Positions 47,952-57,968 are shown, counted from the first letter of the stretch. The stretch is 64,000 nt of DNA from Candidatus Margulisiibacteriota bacterium (GCA_042563095.1 JBHPMS010000001.1:1-64000), one strand, 5' to 3'. Notes: a model not told the origin generated them from the sequence alone. Numbers and translations: made by a program.

Positions 47952-48963
47952 CCCGGGTCGGGTGTTTTAATTTTCTTAAAGCTTTAGCCTCAATCTGCCT
48001 GATGCGCTCACGCGTTACTTTAAACTCCCTGCCTACTTCTTCCAAAGTCCGCGGGTGCCCGTCGTCCAGGCCAAAACGCATTTTAAGAACTAATCGTTCA
48101 CGCTCAGTTAGGGCTCTCATTACTTCTTCAAGATCATCTCTTAACAGTCCGTGCATTACAATCTCATCCGGTGCCTGCAGTCCAGAGTCTTCTACAAAGT
48201 CTCCCAGCCTGGATGATTCTTCATCTCCAACCGGCATCTCGAGTGAGAGTGGCACTTGCGAAACTTTTATAATTTCTCTAACTTTATCAATCGAGATTCT
48301 AGCTCTACGTGCAATCTCTTTTTCGGTCGGTTTTCTGCCGAGTTCCTGTAACAGCATCCGAGAAATCTTTCTTAAGCGGTTAATGGTTTCAACCATGTGT
48401 ACCGGGATTCGGATGGTGCGAGCCTGGTCAGCAATGGCGCGGGTGATTGCTTGCCGGATCCACCAGGTAGCGTAAGTTGAAAACTTATAACCTTTGCGGT
48501 GGTCAAATTTTTCAACTGCCCGGATTAATCCCAGGTTTCCTTCCTGCACCAGGTCTAAAAAGAGCATTCCGCGGCCGGTGTATTTTTTTGCAATCGACAC
48601 GACTAAACGTAAATTCGAATTTACCAGCTTATGTTTTGCGCGGGTGATATTGCGCCTAACTTTTTTTGCCAGATCTACTTCTTCTTCACCGGAGAGGAGC
48701 GGATAGCGACCAATCTCTCTCAAATACATACGGACAGTATCATCTACGCCCATCCCCTTCATTTGATTGAGCTGGCTGCCCGGTTTTGCAACCGCAAATT
48801 CTTTGGCCTGGGCTTTTTTCGATTTGGCATCCGAAATTACAACCCCTGAATCAAGCAGGGCTTCAATTTCGTCCAGGTTTTTTTCTGGCTCTGGAAAAAG
48901 CTTAAGGATTTCTTCCGGGGTCAGATAGCTTTTGCCGCTGGAACGGATATTTTTTTGAATCAT
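47923..48963 (-). CDS. rpoD: RNA polymerase sigma factor RpoD/SigA
   Basis: Regions 1.2 to 4 ([14 protein letters not shown], 4.2 HTH). It sits directly downstream of dnaG. Confidence 0.92.
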
Positions 48964-48997
48964 TGTATCCTCCTACTATTCCTCAATTATTTATCGA

Positions 48998-50728
48998 TCA
49001 AGTCGCTTTGGAAATTTCATATAATTTTGCGAACTCATTTTGGAGCTTTTTTAGCCCTTCCAGGTCCTCTTCTGCTTCCGCTTTTTTAATATCTAATCTT
49101 ATTTTTTCACTTTTTATTTGCTGCTCCGCATTTTTAAGCGTTGCAACACAATCCCCAATAGTTTGATCAATATTATCTAGTGGAAGTTCCTCAAAGAGGA
49201 TCGCTCTTACTATCTTTTTTTGCTCTTCACTTTTAAATTCATCAGCAGAAAGCTTGGGATGATTGATGAGTTGATCAAGGATTGCAGCATACTCGCTATC
49301 AGAAACACTACGTTCGGGCAGGTTGTTTTTAATTTCTTTAATCTTTTCTGGATGGGATAGTCCGATTTTAATTAAGCGTTTTTCTGCTTCAATTAATTTG
49401 GAAGCCGGCTTGGTGATCGGCTGACGATAGTGTGCCTTTTTCCCTTTATAAAAAGAGTGGCGCTTCACTTCTGAAGTGATTGTGTCAAAGTCAGAATTTA
49501 AAAGGTTAGCCGCAAATATGGTATATTCTTTTTGGATAAGATTATTATTTTCCTGGCTTAACACCTGTGCCGCTTTTTCTATTGCGGTTGCTTTTCCCTC
49601 GATCGTGTCCAGCTTAAACCTTTTGACGATTTCTCTGATTTTAAATTCAAGTGCCGGTAACGCTGCTTTTATTATTTTAATAAAACTATCTTTCCCGTTT
49701 TTTGTAAGCAGGTCAGCCGGATCACTTTTTTCGGGCAGAGTGGCAATTTTAACTTTAATGTCGATAGCGGATAAAATATTGGCAGCTTTCATTGCTGCTG
49801 CCAAACCGGCCCGGTCACCGTCAAAAACGAGCAGCACCTGGTCGGTTAAGCGTTTTAGCAGTGTTGCCTGTGCCCCGGTAAAGGCGGTCCCAAGCGGAGC
49901 CACTGCGTTTTTAAAACCAAATTGGTGGCAGAGCAGCAGGTCAACGTTGCCTTCTACCAGCAGGGCAAACTTATTGGATTTTATTTCGTTTTGGGCAAAG
50001 TTAATTCCAAACAAAGTTTCGCCTTTATGGAAGATGGAGCTATCCGGTGAGTTGAGGTATTTTGGTTGCAACTCGGCAACTGCACGGCCAGAAAAACCGA
50101 TCACCCGATCACGCTTATCAAATACCGGAAAGACTATTCGATTTCTAAATCGGTCGTAATAATCATTTTTCCCTTCTTTTTTTATGACTAATCCAACCCG
50201 TTCGAGGTCAGCTGGTGAATAACCGCGTCCAACCATAAAATTTAAAAGATTGTCCCAGCCATCGCGAGCAAAACCGAGTTGGAATTGTGCAATACTCTCA
50301 TCATTTAGACCGCGCTTTTTTATCTCGGCTGTTATTTCTGTATTTAAATTATCTTGAAAATATTTGGAGGCTGTTTTAAGCAACCCATAAAGCCTGTCCC
50401 TTTCATTTTTTTTCTTTGGATCAATCAGGTTTTTCTCGATTGGGATGCCAACTTTATCTCCCAGGATTTTGAGTGCATCCATAAAATCAACTTTTTCAAT
50501 TTTCATGACAAAATCGAAAGAATTCCCTCCTTCGCCGCAACCGAAGCAGTGGAAGAGCCCCTTTTCTTGTGAGACATTAAATGAGGCGGTTTTCTCCGAG
50601 TGGAAAGGGCAAAGCCCCAGGTAGTTTTTACCCCGTTTCTTAAGCTGGACATAACCGGAAATAAGATCAATAATATCGATCTTGTTTCTGACCTCTTCTA
50701 TCTTCTGTTTAAAATTCATTTTCTCCAC
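48998..50728 (-). CDS. dnaG: DNA primase
   Basis: Zinc ribbon CPFHSEKTASFNV...CFGCG, Toprim domain (EGNVD, DGDRAG). Confidence 0.9.
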   Translation of the reverse strand: MEKMNFKQKIEEVRNKIDIIDLISGYVQLKKRGKNYLGLCPFHSEKTASFNVSQEKGLFHCFGCGEGGNSFDFVMKIEKVDFMDALKILGDKVGIPIEKNLIDPKKKNERDRLYGLLKTASKYFQDNLNTEITAEIKKRGLNDESIAQFQLGFARDGWDNLLNFMVGRGYSPADLERVGLVIKKEGKNDYYDRFRNRIVFPVFDKRDRVIGFSGRAVAELQPKYLNSPDSSIFHKGETLFGINFAQNEIKSNKFALLVEGNVDLLLCHQFGFKNAVAPLGTAFTGAQATLLKRLTDQVLLVFDGDRAGLAAAMKAANILSAIDIKVKIATLPEKSDPADLLTKNGKDSFIKIIKAALPALEFKIREIVKRFKLDTIEGKATAIEKAAQVLSQENNNLIQKEYTIFAANLLNSDFDTITSEVKRHSFYKGKKAHYRQPITKPASKLIEAEKRLIKIGLSHPEKIKEIKNNLPERSVSDSEYAAILDQLINHPKLSADEFKSEEQKKIVRAILFEELPLDNIDQTIGDCVATLKNAEQQIKSEKIRLDIKKAEAEEDLEGLKKLQNEFAKLYEISKAT

Positions 50729-51711
50729 TCTTCTGGTACAAACAATTCTTTAAACTTATCAGTTGCAAAACGGTCGGTCATACAGGCGATAAAATCAGTG
50801 GCAGTTTGTAAGACCTCTTGATCATTCATCCGCTTTTTATAACGCGGCATCTCTTTGGGATTATAAAGATAAAATCTAAAAAGCAATTTTAGCATAGCAG
50901 GAATTTTGCACTCTTCTGACTTGGCCAGTGGATTGGTATAAACTTTTTTATAGAGATAATCGTACATGCCCGAGACCGCCCGGTCGATCTGCTTGCTCAT
51001 TTTGACATAAGGTTTTTTGCGGCTGGTTTTAACAATATCAAAAATAATAGTGTCCAAAATATGATCACCTAAAACGCAGGTATACTTTCTGGGCAGGTTT
51101 TCTTTTTTGATAACACCCGCCCGGATCGCGTCTTCTATATCGTGGCGGATATAAGCGATCCGATCGGCATATCTCACGACAACTCCTTCAAGTGTGTGTG
51201 GCCACTCACCGGTATGGGTGTGATATTTGATCCCATCGATCACTTCTGAGGTCAGGTTTAAATTTTCGATCACCTCGGCAGTGCGGGCACTCTGAACGGA
51301 ATGGTTAAAGCTGCAACCGTAGTTTTTTAGTATTTCATCTAGAATAAACTCTCCCGCATGCCCAAAAGGAGGGTGTCCAAGGTCATGCCCAAGCCCGATC
51401 GCTTCGGTTAAATCTTCGTTAAGATTTAAAGCTCTGGCAATTGTCCGGGCAATCTGGGCAACCTCAAGTGTATGCGTCAATCGGGTCCGATAGTGGTCCC
51501 CTTTGGGAGAGATAAAAACCTGGGTCTTATGCTTTAATCTTCTAAAAGATTTGCAGTGGATAATCTTGTCACGGTCACGCTGGAAAGCGGTTCGTAAGTT
51601 ACACTCCTTCTCCGGGCGTAAACGTCCTTTGCTTTTTGAAGAGAGTGCAGCATAGGGAGAGAGCAGCTTTTTTTCTCTGGTTTCAATCTCCCTTCTGATT
51701 AAATTATTAAT
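50716..51711 (-). CDS. dgt: dGTPase-like HD-domain triphosphohydrolase, probable ATT start
   Basis: The frame stays open upstream of the track's ORF and encodes the conserved N-terminus (LLSPYAAL...FQRDRDKIIH...RLTHTLEV) with no ATG, GTG or TTG. An ATT with a GGAAGTGA SD sits 4 nt after the ppdK stop. Confidence 0.65.
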   Translation of the reverse strand: MNNLIRREIETREKKLLSPYAALSSKSKGRLRPEKECNLRTAFQRDRDKIIHCKSFRRLKHKTQVFISPKGDHYRTRLTHTLEVAQIARTIARALNLNEDLTEAIGLGHDLGHPPFGHAGEFILDEILKNYGCSFNHSVQSARTAEVIENLNLTSEVIDGIKYHTHTGEWPHTLEGVVVRYADRIAYIRHDIEDAIRAGVIKKENLPRKYTCVLGDHILDTIIFDIVKTSRKKPYVKMSKQIDRAVSGMYDYLYKKVYTNPLAKSEECKIPAMLKLLFRFYLYNPKEMPRYKKRMNDQEVLQTATDFIACMTDRFATDKFKELFVPEEWRK

Positions 51712-51715
51712 AAAA

Positions 51716-54400
51716 TCACTTCCTCGATTTTAAGGCTGCATGAGCTGCTGCCAGGCGGGCAATTGGAACCCGATAGGGTGAGCAACTTACATAATTCATC
51801 CCGATGTTATTACAAAATTCAACCGAACCTGGTTCGCCGCCATGTTCACCGCAAATACCAATTTTCAATTTTTTATTGGTTGAACGGCCCAGTTTGATTC
51901 CCATCTGAACCAGTTTTCCAACACCCTTTTGGTCTAATACCTGAAATGGATCTTCCGGTAATATCCCCTGTTCAACGTAGAGCGGCAAAAATGTTCCGGC
52001 GTCGTCGCGACTATAACCGAAAGTCATCTGAGTTAAATCGTTGGTTCCGTATGAGAAAAACTCAGCTTCAGCCGCAACTTCGTCTGCTAAAAGTGCTGCG
52101 CGTGGGATCTCGATCATGGTTCCGATCAGGTAAGCAACTTTTTTTCCTGATTTTTTGATCTCTTCATCTGCAACGCGCTTAATAATGTCACGCTGATGTT
52201 TATATTCGTTAACTGTTCCGATCAGCGGGATCATGATTTCTGGTTTTACCTTTACCCCTTTCTTGGCCAGCTCACAAGCAGCAGACATAATTGCCTTGGC
52301 TTGCATTTCGGTTATTTCAGGGTAGGCAATACCAAGACGACAGCCGCGGTGACCGAGCATCGGATTAAATTCCTTTAAAGAATTAACTTTAGCTTTAATT
52401 ACCTCAACCGGTTTCCCCATTTCAACTGCCATATCCGCCTGAGCTTCTTCTTCATGTGGAACAAACTCGTGCAGCGGTGGGTCGAGTAAGCGGATTGTTA
52501 CCGGCAGCCCATCCATTGCTTGAAATATTCCCAAAAAATCACTCTTCTGCATCGGCAATAATTTATCCAAAGCTTTTCTTCTGCCAGCTTCATTTTCTGA
52601 AAGGATCATTTCTCGAACTGCCCTGATCCGGTCACCTTCAAAGAACATATGTTCGGTGCGGCAGAGCCCGATTCCTTCGGCCCCAAAATCTCTGGCAACC
52701 TGCGCGTCCTTTGGAGTATCAGCATTGGTCCTCACATTTATTTTGCGGAAGCTGTCGGCCCAACCCATAATTTTGGCAAAGTCACCGGTAAGTTTTGGCT
52801 GCGAAGTTGGAACTTTTCCATCCATCAGTTCTCCACTTGAGCCGTCGATTGAAATCCAGTCTCCCGCTTTAATTGCTTTTCCTTTAACCTGCATCTGCTG
52901 CTCTTTGTAATTAATGTTGATCGCACCGCAACCGGCCACACAACATTTACCCATTCCGCGGGCAACCACTGCTGCGTGAGAAGTCATTCCACCTTTGGCG
53001 GTTAAGATTCCTTCAGCAACGTTCATCCCGCCGATATCTTCGGGTGAAGTTTCAATTCTTACCAGGATAACTTTTTTTCCATCCTTAACCCAGGCTTCGG
53101 CATCATCGGCGTGGAAGACTACCTGGCCTGAAGCCGCTCCTGGAGAAGCGGGTAATCCTTTTGCTAAGACTGCCTTCTTTGCATTTACGTCAAAAGTAGG
53201 GTGGAGGAGCTGGTCGAGCTGAGCTGGTAAAACGCGTAATACTGCAGTTTTCTTATCGATCAGTTTTTCTGCAACCATGTCGCTGGCTATTTTTAAAGCT
53301 GCTGCTGCGGTCCGTTTTCCGGTCCTGGTTTGCAGCATCCATAATTTCCCCTTCTGAATAGTGAACTCAATATCCTGCATATCGCGGTAATGCTTCTCAA
53401 GCTTTTTATAGATTGCTTCCAATGTTTTATAGGCAGCAGGCATTATTTCTTGCAAAGTTTTTTGCGTTGGATCAGACTTGGTATTTTTATTTACCGGTTG
53501 GGGGGTGCGGGTACCGGCAACCACATCTTCACCTTGCGCGTTAACCAGGTATTCACCATAAAAAATCCTGGCTCCAGTTGCCGGGTTTCTGGTAAAGGCT
53601 ACTCCGGTAGCGGAGTCATCACCCATATTTCCAAAGACCATGGTCTGGACGTTTACCGCGGTTCCCCAATCCCCCGGGATGTTATTTATCTTTCTATACT
53701 TAATTGCTCTTTCACCATTCCATGATCCAAAGACTGCATTGATTGCTCCCCAGAGTTGTTTCTTCGGATCTTCCGGGAAATCATTCCCGGTCTGTTTTTT
53801 AATAGCGGCTTTAAATTTTAAAACTAAATCTTTTAGGTCTGCAGTTGTCAAATCAGTATCTACCTCTACCTGTTTTTCCTTTTTCTTTGTTTTAATAATT
53901 ACTTCGAAGGGATCTTCTTCTGTTTTGCTTTGCGGTTTCATATCTAGTACAACATCACCGTACATCTGTACAAAACGACGGTACGAATCCCAGGCAAACC
54001 TTTCATTGTTTGATTGCTTAACCAGTCCTTTTACGGTTTTATCATTTAATCCAAGGTTCAAAACTGTATCCATCATTCCCGGCATCGAAATTCTGGCACC
54101 AGAACGGACCGAAACCAGAAGAGGATTTTCGGAGTCGCCAAATTCTGCTCCCATAATCTTTTCAACTTTGGCCAGGGCTTTGTCGATCTGTCCGCTTAAC
54201 TCTTTCGGATATTTACGTGCCATCTTGTAGTAGATGGTACACATCTCGGTAGTAATGGTAAAACCAGGTGGAACCGGTACACCCAGGTTTGCCATCTCAG
54301 CTAAATTGGCCCCCTTACCTCCTAAAAGGTTTTTCATCGCTGCCTTTCCATCCGCCTTCCCCCCACCGAAGCTATAAACCAGCCTTTTACCCTTTGCCAT
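51716..54400 (-). CDS. ppdK: pyruvate, phosphate dikinase
   Basis: MAKGKRLVYSF N-terminus with an AAGGAGG RBS. PEP-utilising His domain (GGMTSHAAVVARG) and C-terminal TIM barrel. The track's longer ORF runs through the antisense of tRNA-Ala. Confidence 0.92.
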   Translation of the reverse strand: MAKGKRLVYSFGGGKADGKAAMKNLLGGKGANLAEMANLGVPVPPGFTITTEMCTIYYKMARKYPKELSGQIDKALAKVEKIMGAEFGDSENPLLVSVRSGARISMPGMMDTVLNLGLNDKTVKGLVKQSNNERFAWDSYRRFVQMYGDVVLDMKPQSKTEEDPFEVIIKTKKKEKQVEVDTDLTTADLKDLVLKFKAAIKKQTGNDFPEDPKKQLWGAINAVFGSWNGERAIKYRKINNIPGDWGTAVNVQTMVFGNMGDDSATGVAFTRNPATGARIFYGEYLVNAQGEDVVAGTRTPQPVNKNTKSDPTQKTLQEIMPAAYKTLEAIYKKLEKHYRDMQDIEFTIQKGKLWMLQTRTGKRTAAAALKIASDMVAEKLIDKKTAVLRVLPAQLDQLLHPTFDVNAKKAVLAKGLPASPGAASGQVVFHADDAEAWVKDGKKVILVRIETSPEDIGGMNVAEGILTAKGGMTSHAAVVARGMGKCCVAGCGAININYKEQQMQVKGKAIKAGDWISIDGSSGELMDGKVPTSQPKLTGDFAKIMGWADSFRKINVRTNADTPKDAQVARDFGAEGIGLCRTEHMFFEGDRIRAVREMILSENEAGRRKALDKLLPMQKSDFLGIFQAMDGLPVTIRLLDPPLHEFVPHEEEAQADMAVEMGKPVEVIKAKVNSLKEFNPMLGHRGCRLGIAYPEITEMQAKAIMSAACELAKKGVKVKPEIMIPLIGTVNEYKHQRDIIKRVADEEIKKSGKKVAYLIGTMIEIPRAALLADEVAAEAEFFSYGTNDLTQMTFGYSRDDAGTFLPLYVEQGILPEDPFQVLDQKGVGKLVQMGIKLGRSTNKKLKIGICGEHGGEPGSVEFCNNIGMNYVSCSPYRVPIARLAAAHAALKSRK

Positions 54401-54422
54401 TTTTAAATCCTCCTTTATATTT

Positions 54423-54498
54423 TGGTGGAGCTGATGGGAGTTGAACCCACGACCTTTTGACTGCCAGTCAAACGCTCTCCCAGCTGAGCTACAGCCCC
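54423..54498 (-). tRNA. tRNA-Ala (anticodon GGC), CCA encoded
   Basis: GGGGCTGTAGCTCAGCTGGGAGAGCG...TCCACCA with the G3-U70 identity pair and anticodon loop CTGGCAG. Confidence 0.9.
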
Positions 54499-55032
54499 AA
54501 CTCGTCCCGACATTGTCGGGACTCGTAATTTCCAGTTTCAAACGACAAATGCCTAATTAGACATTAGTTATTAGGCATTTATTAGACATTCGGAATTAGT
54601 CATTTAGTATTAATAATAGATTATTGATAAGCGCTCAATATAATGCTTCCCACCATAGAATTATATCATTCCTAATACCGCATGTCGATAAAATGTCGGT
54701 TAAATGTCGGTTATTTATGCCTGACATAATACCTTCCTTTTTTATCTCCAACTGCCTTAAGTAATCCATGTTTACAAAGTTGACTAAAATCTCTTTCAAA
54801 TGTTCTTTCTGTTTTACCATGGAATTTGTTCTTTAAGTCTCCAGAAGTTATATTGTCATGTTCTAACAGGTATCAGAAAACGTTGAAAAAGTTAGATCAG
54901 GTATATAGAAAAAATCTTGACATCTTTGGAAGCTGATTTGGAAAGCAGGTCTAGAAATGCTAACATGAGAATAACGAGGAGAGGAGAATATTATGGCATT
55001 TTACCTATCGGTTAAATTTAAAAAGGTCAGCT

Positions 55033-55350
55033 ATGCTGGCGATAATATTGGTCGAGATATTAATAGGAACATATAATGCAAAGGTTGAAACTAATCCTTT
55101 AAAAAGCGGTAAATATGATTTAGGAATTCCTTACGAACCGCATGACACCGGTTGGCGTTATTTGAAGGAATCCAAATATGCCAAGACCTGGTTTCGCATC
55201 GGGCACAAAGGGGAGATATTTCTTCATGTTGGTTCTGCATCAGCTGGTTGTATTACAGTAACTGACAAAAAGAAGTGGACCAAGATATATAATCTTTTAA
55301 TAAGAAGCAGGAAAGATTCCTTAAGTATTGGAGAAGTAATAGTTAAATAA
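55033..55350 (+). CDS. L,D-transpeptidase-fold (YkuD/Tlde1-like) domain protein, possible orphan toxin module
   Basis: The IGHKGEIFLHVGSASAGCITV sequence resembles the His and S-x-GC catalytic motif of the YkuD/DUF2778 fold. It is short, and its ATG lacks an RBS. Confidence 0.4.
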   Translation: MLAIILVEILIGTYNAKVETNPLKSGKYDLGIPYEPHDTGWRYLKESKYAKTWFRIGHKGEIFLHVGSASAGCITVTDKKKWTKIYNLLIRSRKDSLSIGEVIVK

Positions 55351-55363
55351 AAGGAGGCGACTG

Positions 55364-55846
55364 ATGATGAGGAGGAAAATATTAGCTATTTCTTTTATTA
55401 TTATAATTTTTTTCACATGCGCAACTCTGCTTTTCAACAATCGATTGCAACGGGTTGAAGAATATAGAGGTCTAAAGGTTGGAGATTCTAGCTCCGCATT
55501 CTATTTAGCAAAAAATTATTACGAGGAGATTGGTGTTTTTGAACAAGCTAGATTTTTTGTCTTCTTTATAAGTGACACCTTGGATAATATAAACAACTGG
55601 AAGTTAAATGATCAACTATATTATGATTATGCAGCAGATATGATATCTGAAAAAAAAGGGAAATTGTGGTCTTATGCAGGTGGTAAGGTAGGGGAATTAT
55701 TTGGAATTAATAGGATTTCAAAAAACAACTATAAGTTGGATGGATCGTTGATTGCCATAATAAATAGTGATGGGAAAATATTAGCTTTATATGAGAAGGC
55801 TAAATTAAGACACATTAAAAGAGCTGTAGATGGTTTAGTATTGTAA
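55364..55846 (+). CDS. membrane-anchored hypothetical protein (candidate immunity partner)
   Basis: N-terminal transmembrane anchor; lies 14 nt downstream of the toxin-like gene. Confidence 0.3.
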   Translation: MMRRKILAISFIIIIFFTCATLLFNNRLQRVEEYRGLKVGDSSSAFYLAKNYYEEIGVFEQARFFVFFISDTLDNINNWKLNDQLYYDYAADMISEKKGKLWSYAGGKVGELFGINRISKNNYKLDGSLIAIINSDGKILALYEKAKLRHIKRAVDGLVL

Positions 55847-55875
55847 CTCAGTTTTTTTTGAGAAGAGCCCCGCCA

Positions 55876-56181
55876 TTAATAATGGAAAACAATTCCTGTT
55901 TTCCCCCACAACTCTTCTAAATTATAATAACTTCTCTCTTCTGGCAACATTAAATGTACCACCATTGATCCTGTATCTAAAATCATCCAACCCGAGCCTG
56001 GATCACCTTCCCAAATAACGCTTTTAAAATGCTTCCCGATCTCGCGGCTTAACGCCTTGAGCTGCGGAGTCGATTCACCGGTCATGATAATCATCTGACC
56101 GATAACCTTGATTTCTTGAGCCTGTTTTGCTTCTGCTGCTTCAACAATTATTTCAACCGGATCTAATTTCCTGCGTGTAAT
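55876..56181 (-). CDS. rsfS: ribosomal silencing factor RsfS (Iojap-like), probable ATT start
   Basis: C-terminal GDPGSGWMILDTGSMVVHLMLPEERSYYNLEELW. The conserved N-terminus (LDPVEIIVEAAEAKQAQEIKVIG) continues upstream in frame with no ATG. AGGAG sits 6 nt before an ATT at 56179-56181. Confidence 0.6.
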   Translation of the reverse strand: MTRRKLDPVEIIVEAAEAKQAQEIKVIGQMIIMTGESTPQLKALSREIGKHFKSVIWEGDPGSGWMILDTGSMVVHLMLPEERSYYNLEELWGKTGIVFHY

Positions 56182-57155
56182 TTTGGGCTCCTGTTTCTCA
56201 TTGCAAAAAAGTTTTGTACAACATCGTGTACTTCTAACGGGTCCGGTTCTAGATAAAATACACCATCCAAAACAATTGGTGTCCCGGTCAATGAATCCAT
56301 TTTAATTTGGCCGTATTCCCAAATTTTTCTAATTGAAAGAATAAAGCCAAAAATCTCTTTAGTATCCAAATTTGTATCAAGATAAGAAGAGAGTTTAAGC
56401 AAGAGCTGTGGTGACTTGAATAAATTATGCCCGCCCAGGATTTGATGGATCATAGCTTTGACAAATTTTTGCTGGCGGAAAATGCGTCCAAAATCTCCCT
56501 CTCCATCCTGGCGATACCGGATATAAGAGAGGCAATCCCGTCCACTCAAAACCTGTTCTCCGGGGTAGAGGTTTACAAATAGGTTTTGAGCGTAATCCAC
56601 ATAGTACATTCTTTTTTCAACATTTATTTTAATCCCCCCCAGCTCATCAATCATCTTTTCCAGGCCCGCAATGTCCACACTGATATAGTGGGGGATGTTA
56701 ATTTTAAAAAACTTTTCAACAGTACGCCGGGTAAGCTCGGCTCCGCCATAAGCATAAGAGTGGTTAACTTTGTCCAATCCCCGGCCGGGGATTGAAACCA
56801 GCGTATCCCGTGGGATATTTATGATGTTGGCTTCATTATTGCGCGGATCAAAATTAACCACCATCAAAGTATCAGAACGATGGATCCGGCGCCCCTTATC
56901 TAATCCCATTATCAGAATATTTGTCTGCGGGATTAATTTTTCTCCCGGGGCCAGCGCAAGGATAGTTTCAAAAAGCATAAACCGGCTAAAAATTGCAAAT
57001 GCAAAACCTAAAAAGACAGAAAAGGAGAGAAATCCGATCAGTACAAAAATTATTCCCCAGCGGAATTTGTTTCCAAATCCGGATTTCTTTTTTTTCTTGT
57101 CCTTCTTCTCTTTTTCGAAGACACTTTCTAAAAATTCGTAATTTATTTCGCTCAT
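56163..57155 (-). CDS. LytR-CpsA-Psr (LCP) family protein
   Basis: N-terminal Lys-rich tail, a transmembrane helix and an LCP domain (MGLDKGRR...RSDTLMVV, NHSYAYGG). Confidence 0.8.
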   Translation of the reverse strand: MSEINYEFLESVFEKEKKDKKKKKSGFGNKFRWGIIFVLIGFLSFSVFLGFAFAIFSRFMLFETILALAPGEKLIPQTNILIMGLDKGRRIHRSDTLMVVNFDPRNNEANIINIPRDTLVSIPGRGLDKVNHSYAYGGAELTRRTVEKFFKINIPHYISVDIAGLEKMIDELGGIKINVEKRMYYVDYAQNLFVNLYPGEQVLSGRDCLSYIRYRQDGEGDFGRIFRQQKFVKAMIHQILGGHNLFKSPQLLLKLSSYLDTNLDTKEIFGFILSIRKIWEYGQIKMDSLTGTPIVLDGVFYLEPDPLEVHDVVQNFFAMRNRSPKLHAGN

Positions 57156-57742
57156 TTTCTCTTTAGGATCAGATTGTTTCTGCTCTTAATGGTCAACTGG
57201 TGCAAAGGGTGCCCAATCTTTGTAAGGTGATTAATCATTATGCCTAATGAACCAATTACCGCTTGATCAATATCCTTATAGGCTTTTCTTTTTACCTCTG
57301 CTACTCCCTTAAAATTCCGGTTTTCTTCAATGTGGTCGGCCAGGTAGACAACTTTATCGAGCAGCGACATTCTCGCAGAACCGACTGTATGGGAACGAAT
57401 TGCCCTTAAAATTCCCTTATCCTTAATCCCGAATTTCTTTTTAGCATAATAAGCACTCAAATCAGCATGTAAAAGTTTTGGTTCAAACTCTTCGATCTTA
57501 CCAATTTTATAACCGAGTGCTCGGGCCTTAGTCAACATTTGGCCCGGGATTAAAAAACGTGAACAATCATGCAGTAGCGCAGCTGTTTTAGCCTTAAAAA
57601 TATCAACCCGATAATGCTTCGCCAGGTTTTCAGCTAGTTTAGCTACTCTCTTGGAATGCCTAAAACGGTCTTTTGGTAAAAGGTGCCCAAGCTTATATTG
57701 CAATTTTTTAAAATGCTTTATTTTGTCTTGGGCGTGCTTCAT
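57152..57742 (-). CDS. yqeK: HD-domain hydrolase YqeK
   Basis: HSKRVAKLAENLA...LLHDCSR HD motif; size matches YqeK. Confidence 0.7.
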   Translation of the reverse strand: MKHAQDKIKHFKKLQYKLGHLLPKDRFRHSKRVAKLAENLAKHYRVDIFKAKTAALLHDCSRFLIPGQMLTKARALGYKIGKIEEFEPKLLHADLSAYYAKKKFGIKDKGILRAIRSHTVGSARMSLLDKVVYLADHIEENRNFKGVAEVKRKAYKDIDQAVIGSLGIMINHLTKIGHPLHQLTIKSRNNLILKRK

Positions 57743-57968
57743 TTACAGTTAAGGTCCTTCCTCCAATATCAGCGCCGTTCATTGCGCTAACAACTTTGGT
57801 GGCGTCGTCATCGTTTACTTCGACGAATCCGTATCCCTTGCTCCGACCGGTTTCGCGCTCAGTAATAATTCTAGCTGCGATAACTGGTGCCTGGGCCTCA
57901 ATTGCTGCTACCAGCTCTTCTTCCTTCATTTTCCAGGGAAGATTTCCAACGTAAAGTGTTTTTGCCAT
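57708..57968 (-). CDS. RRM-type RNA-binding protein
   Basis: RNP2 LYVGNL and RNP1 KGYGFVEV. Confidence 0.8.
   Translation of the reverse strand: MAKTLYVGNLPWKMKEEELVAAIEAQAPVIAARIITERETGRSKGYGFVEVNDDDATKVVSAMNGADIGGRTLTVNEARPRQNKAF

Noticed and set aside
54401-54541. N-terminal 47-aa extension of the ppdK ORF in the supplied track
   Set aside because: The extension is the antisense translation of tRNA-Ala (54423-54498). The true start is the ATG at 54400, which has an AAGGAGG RBS and the canonical MAKGKRLVYSF N-terminus.
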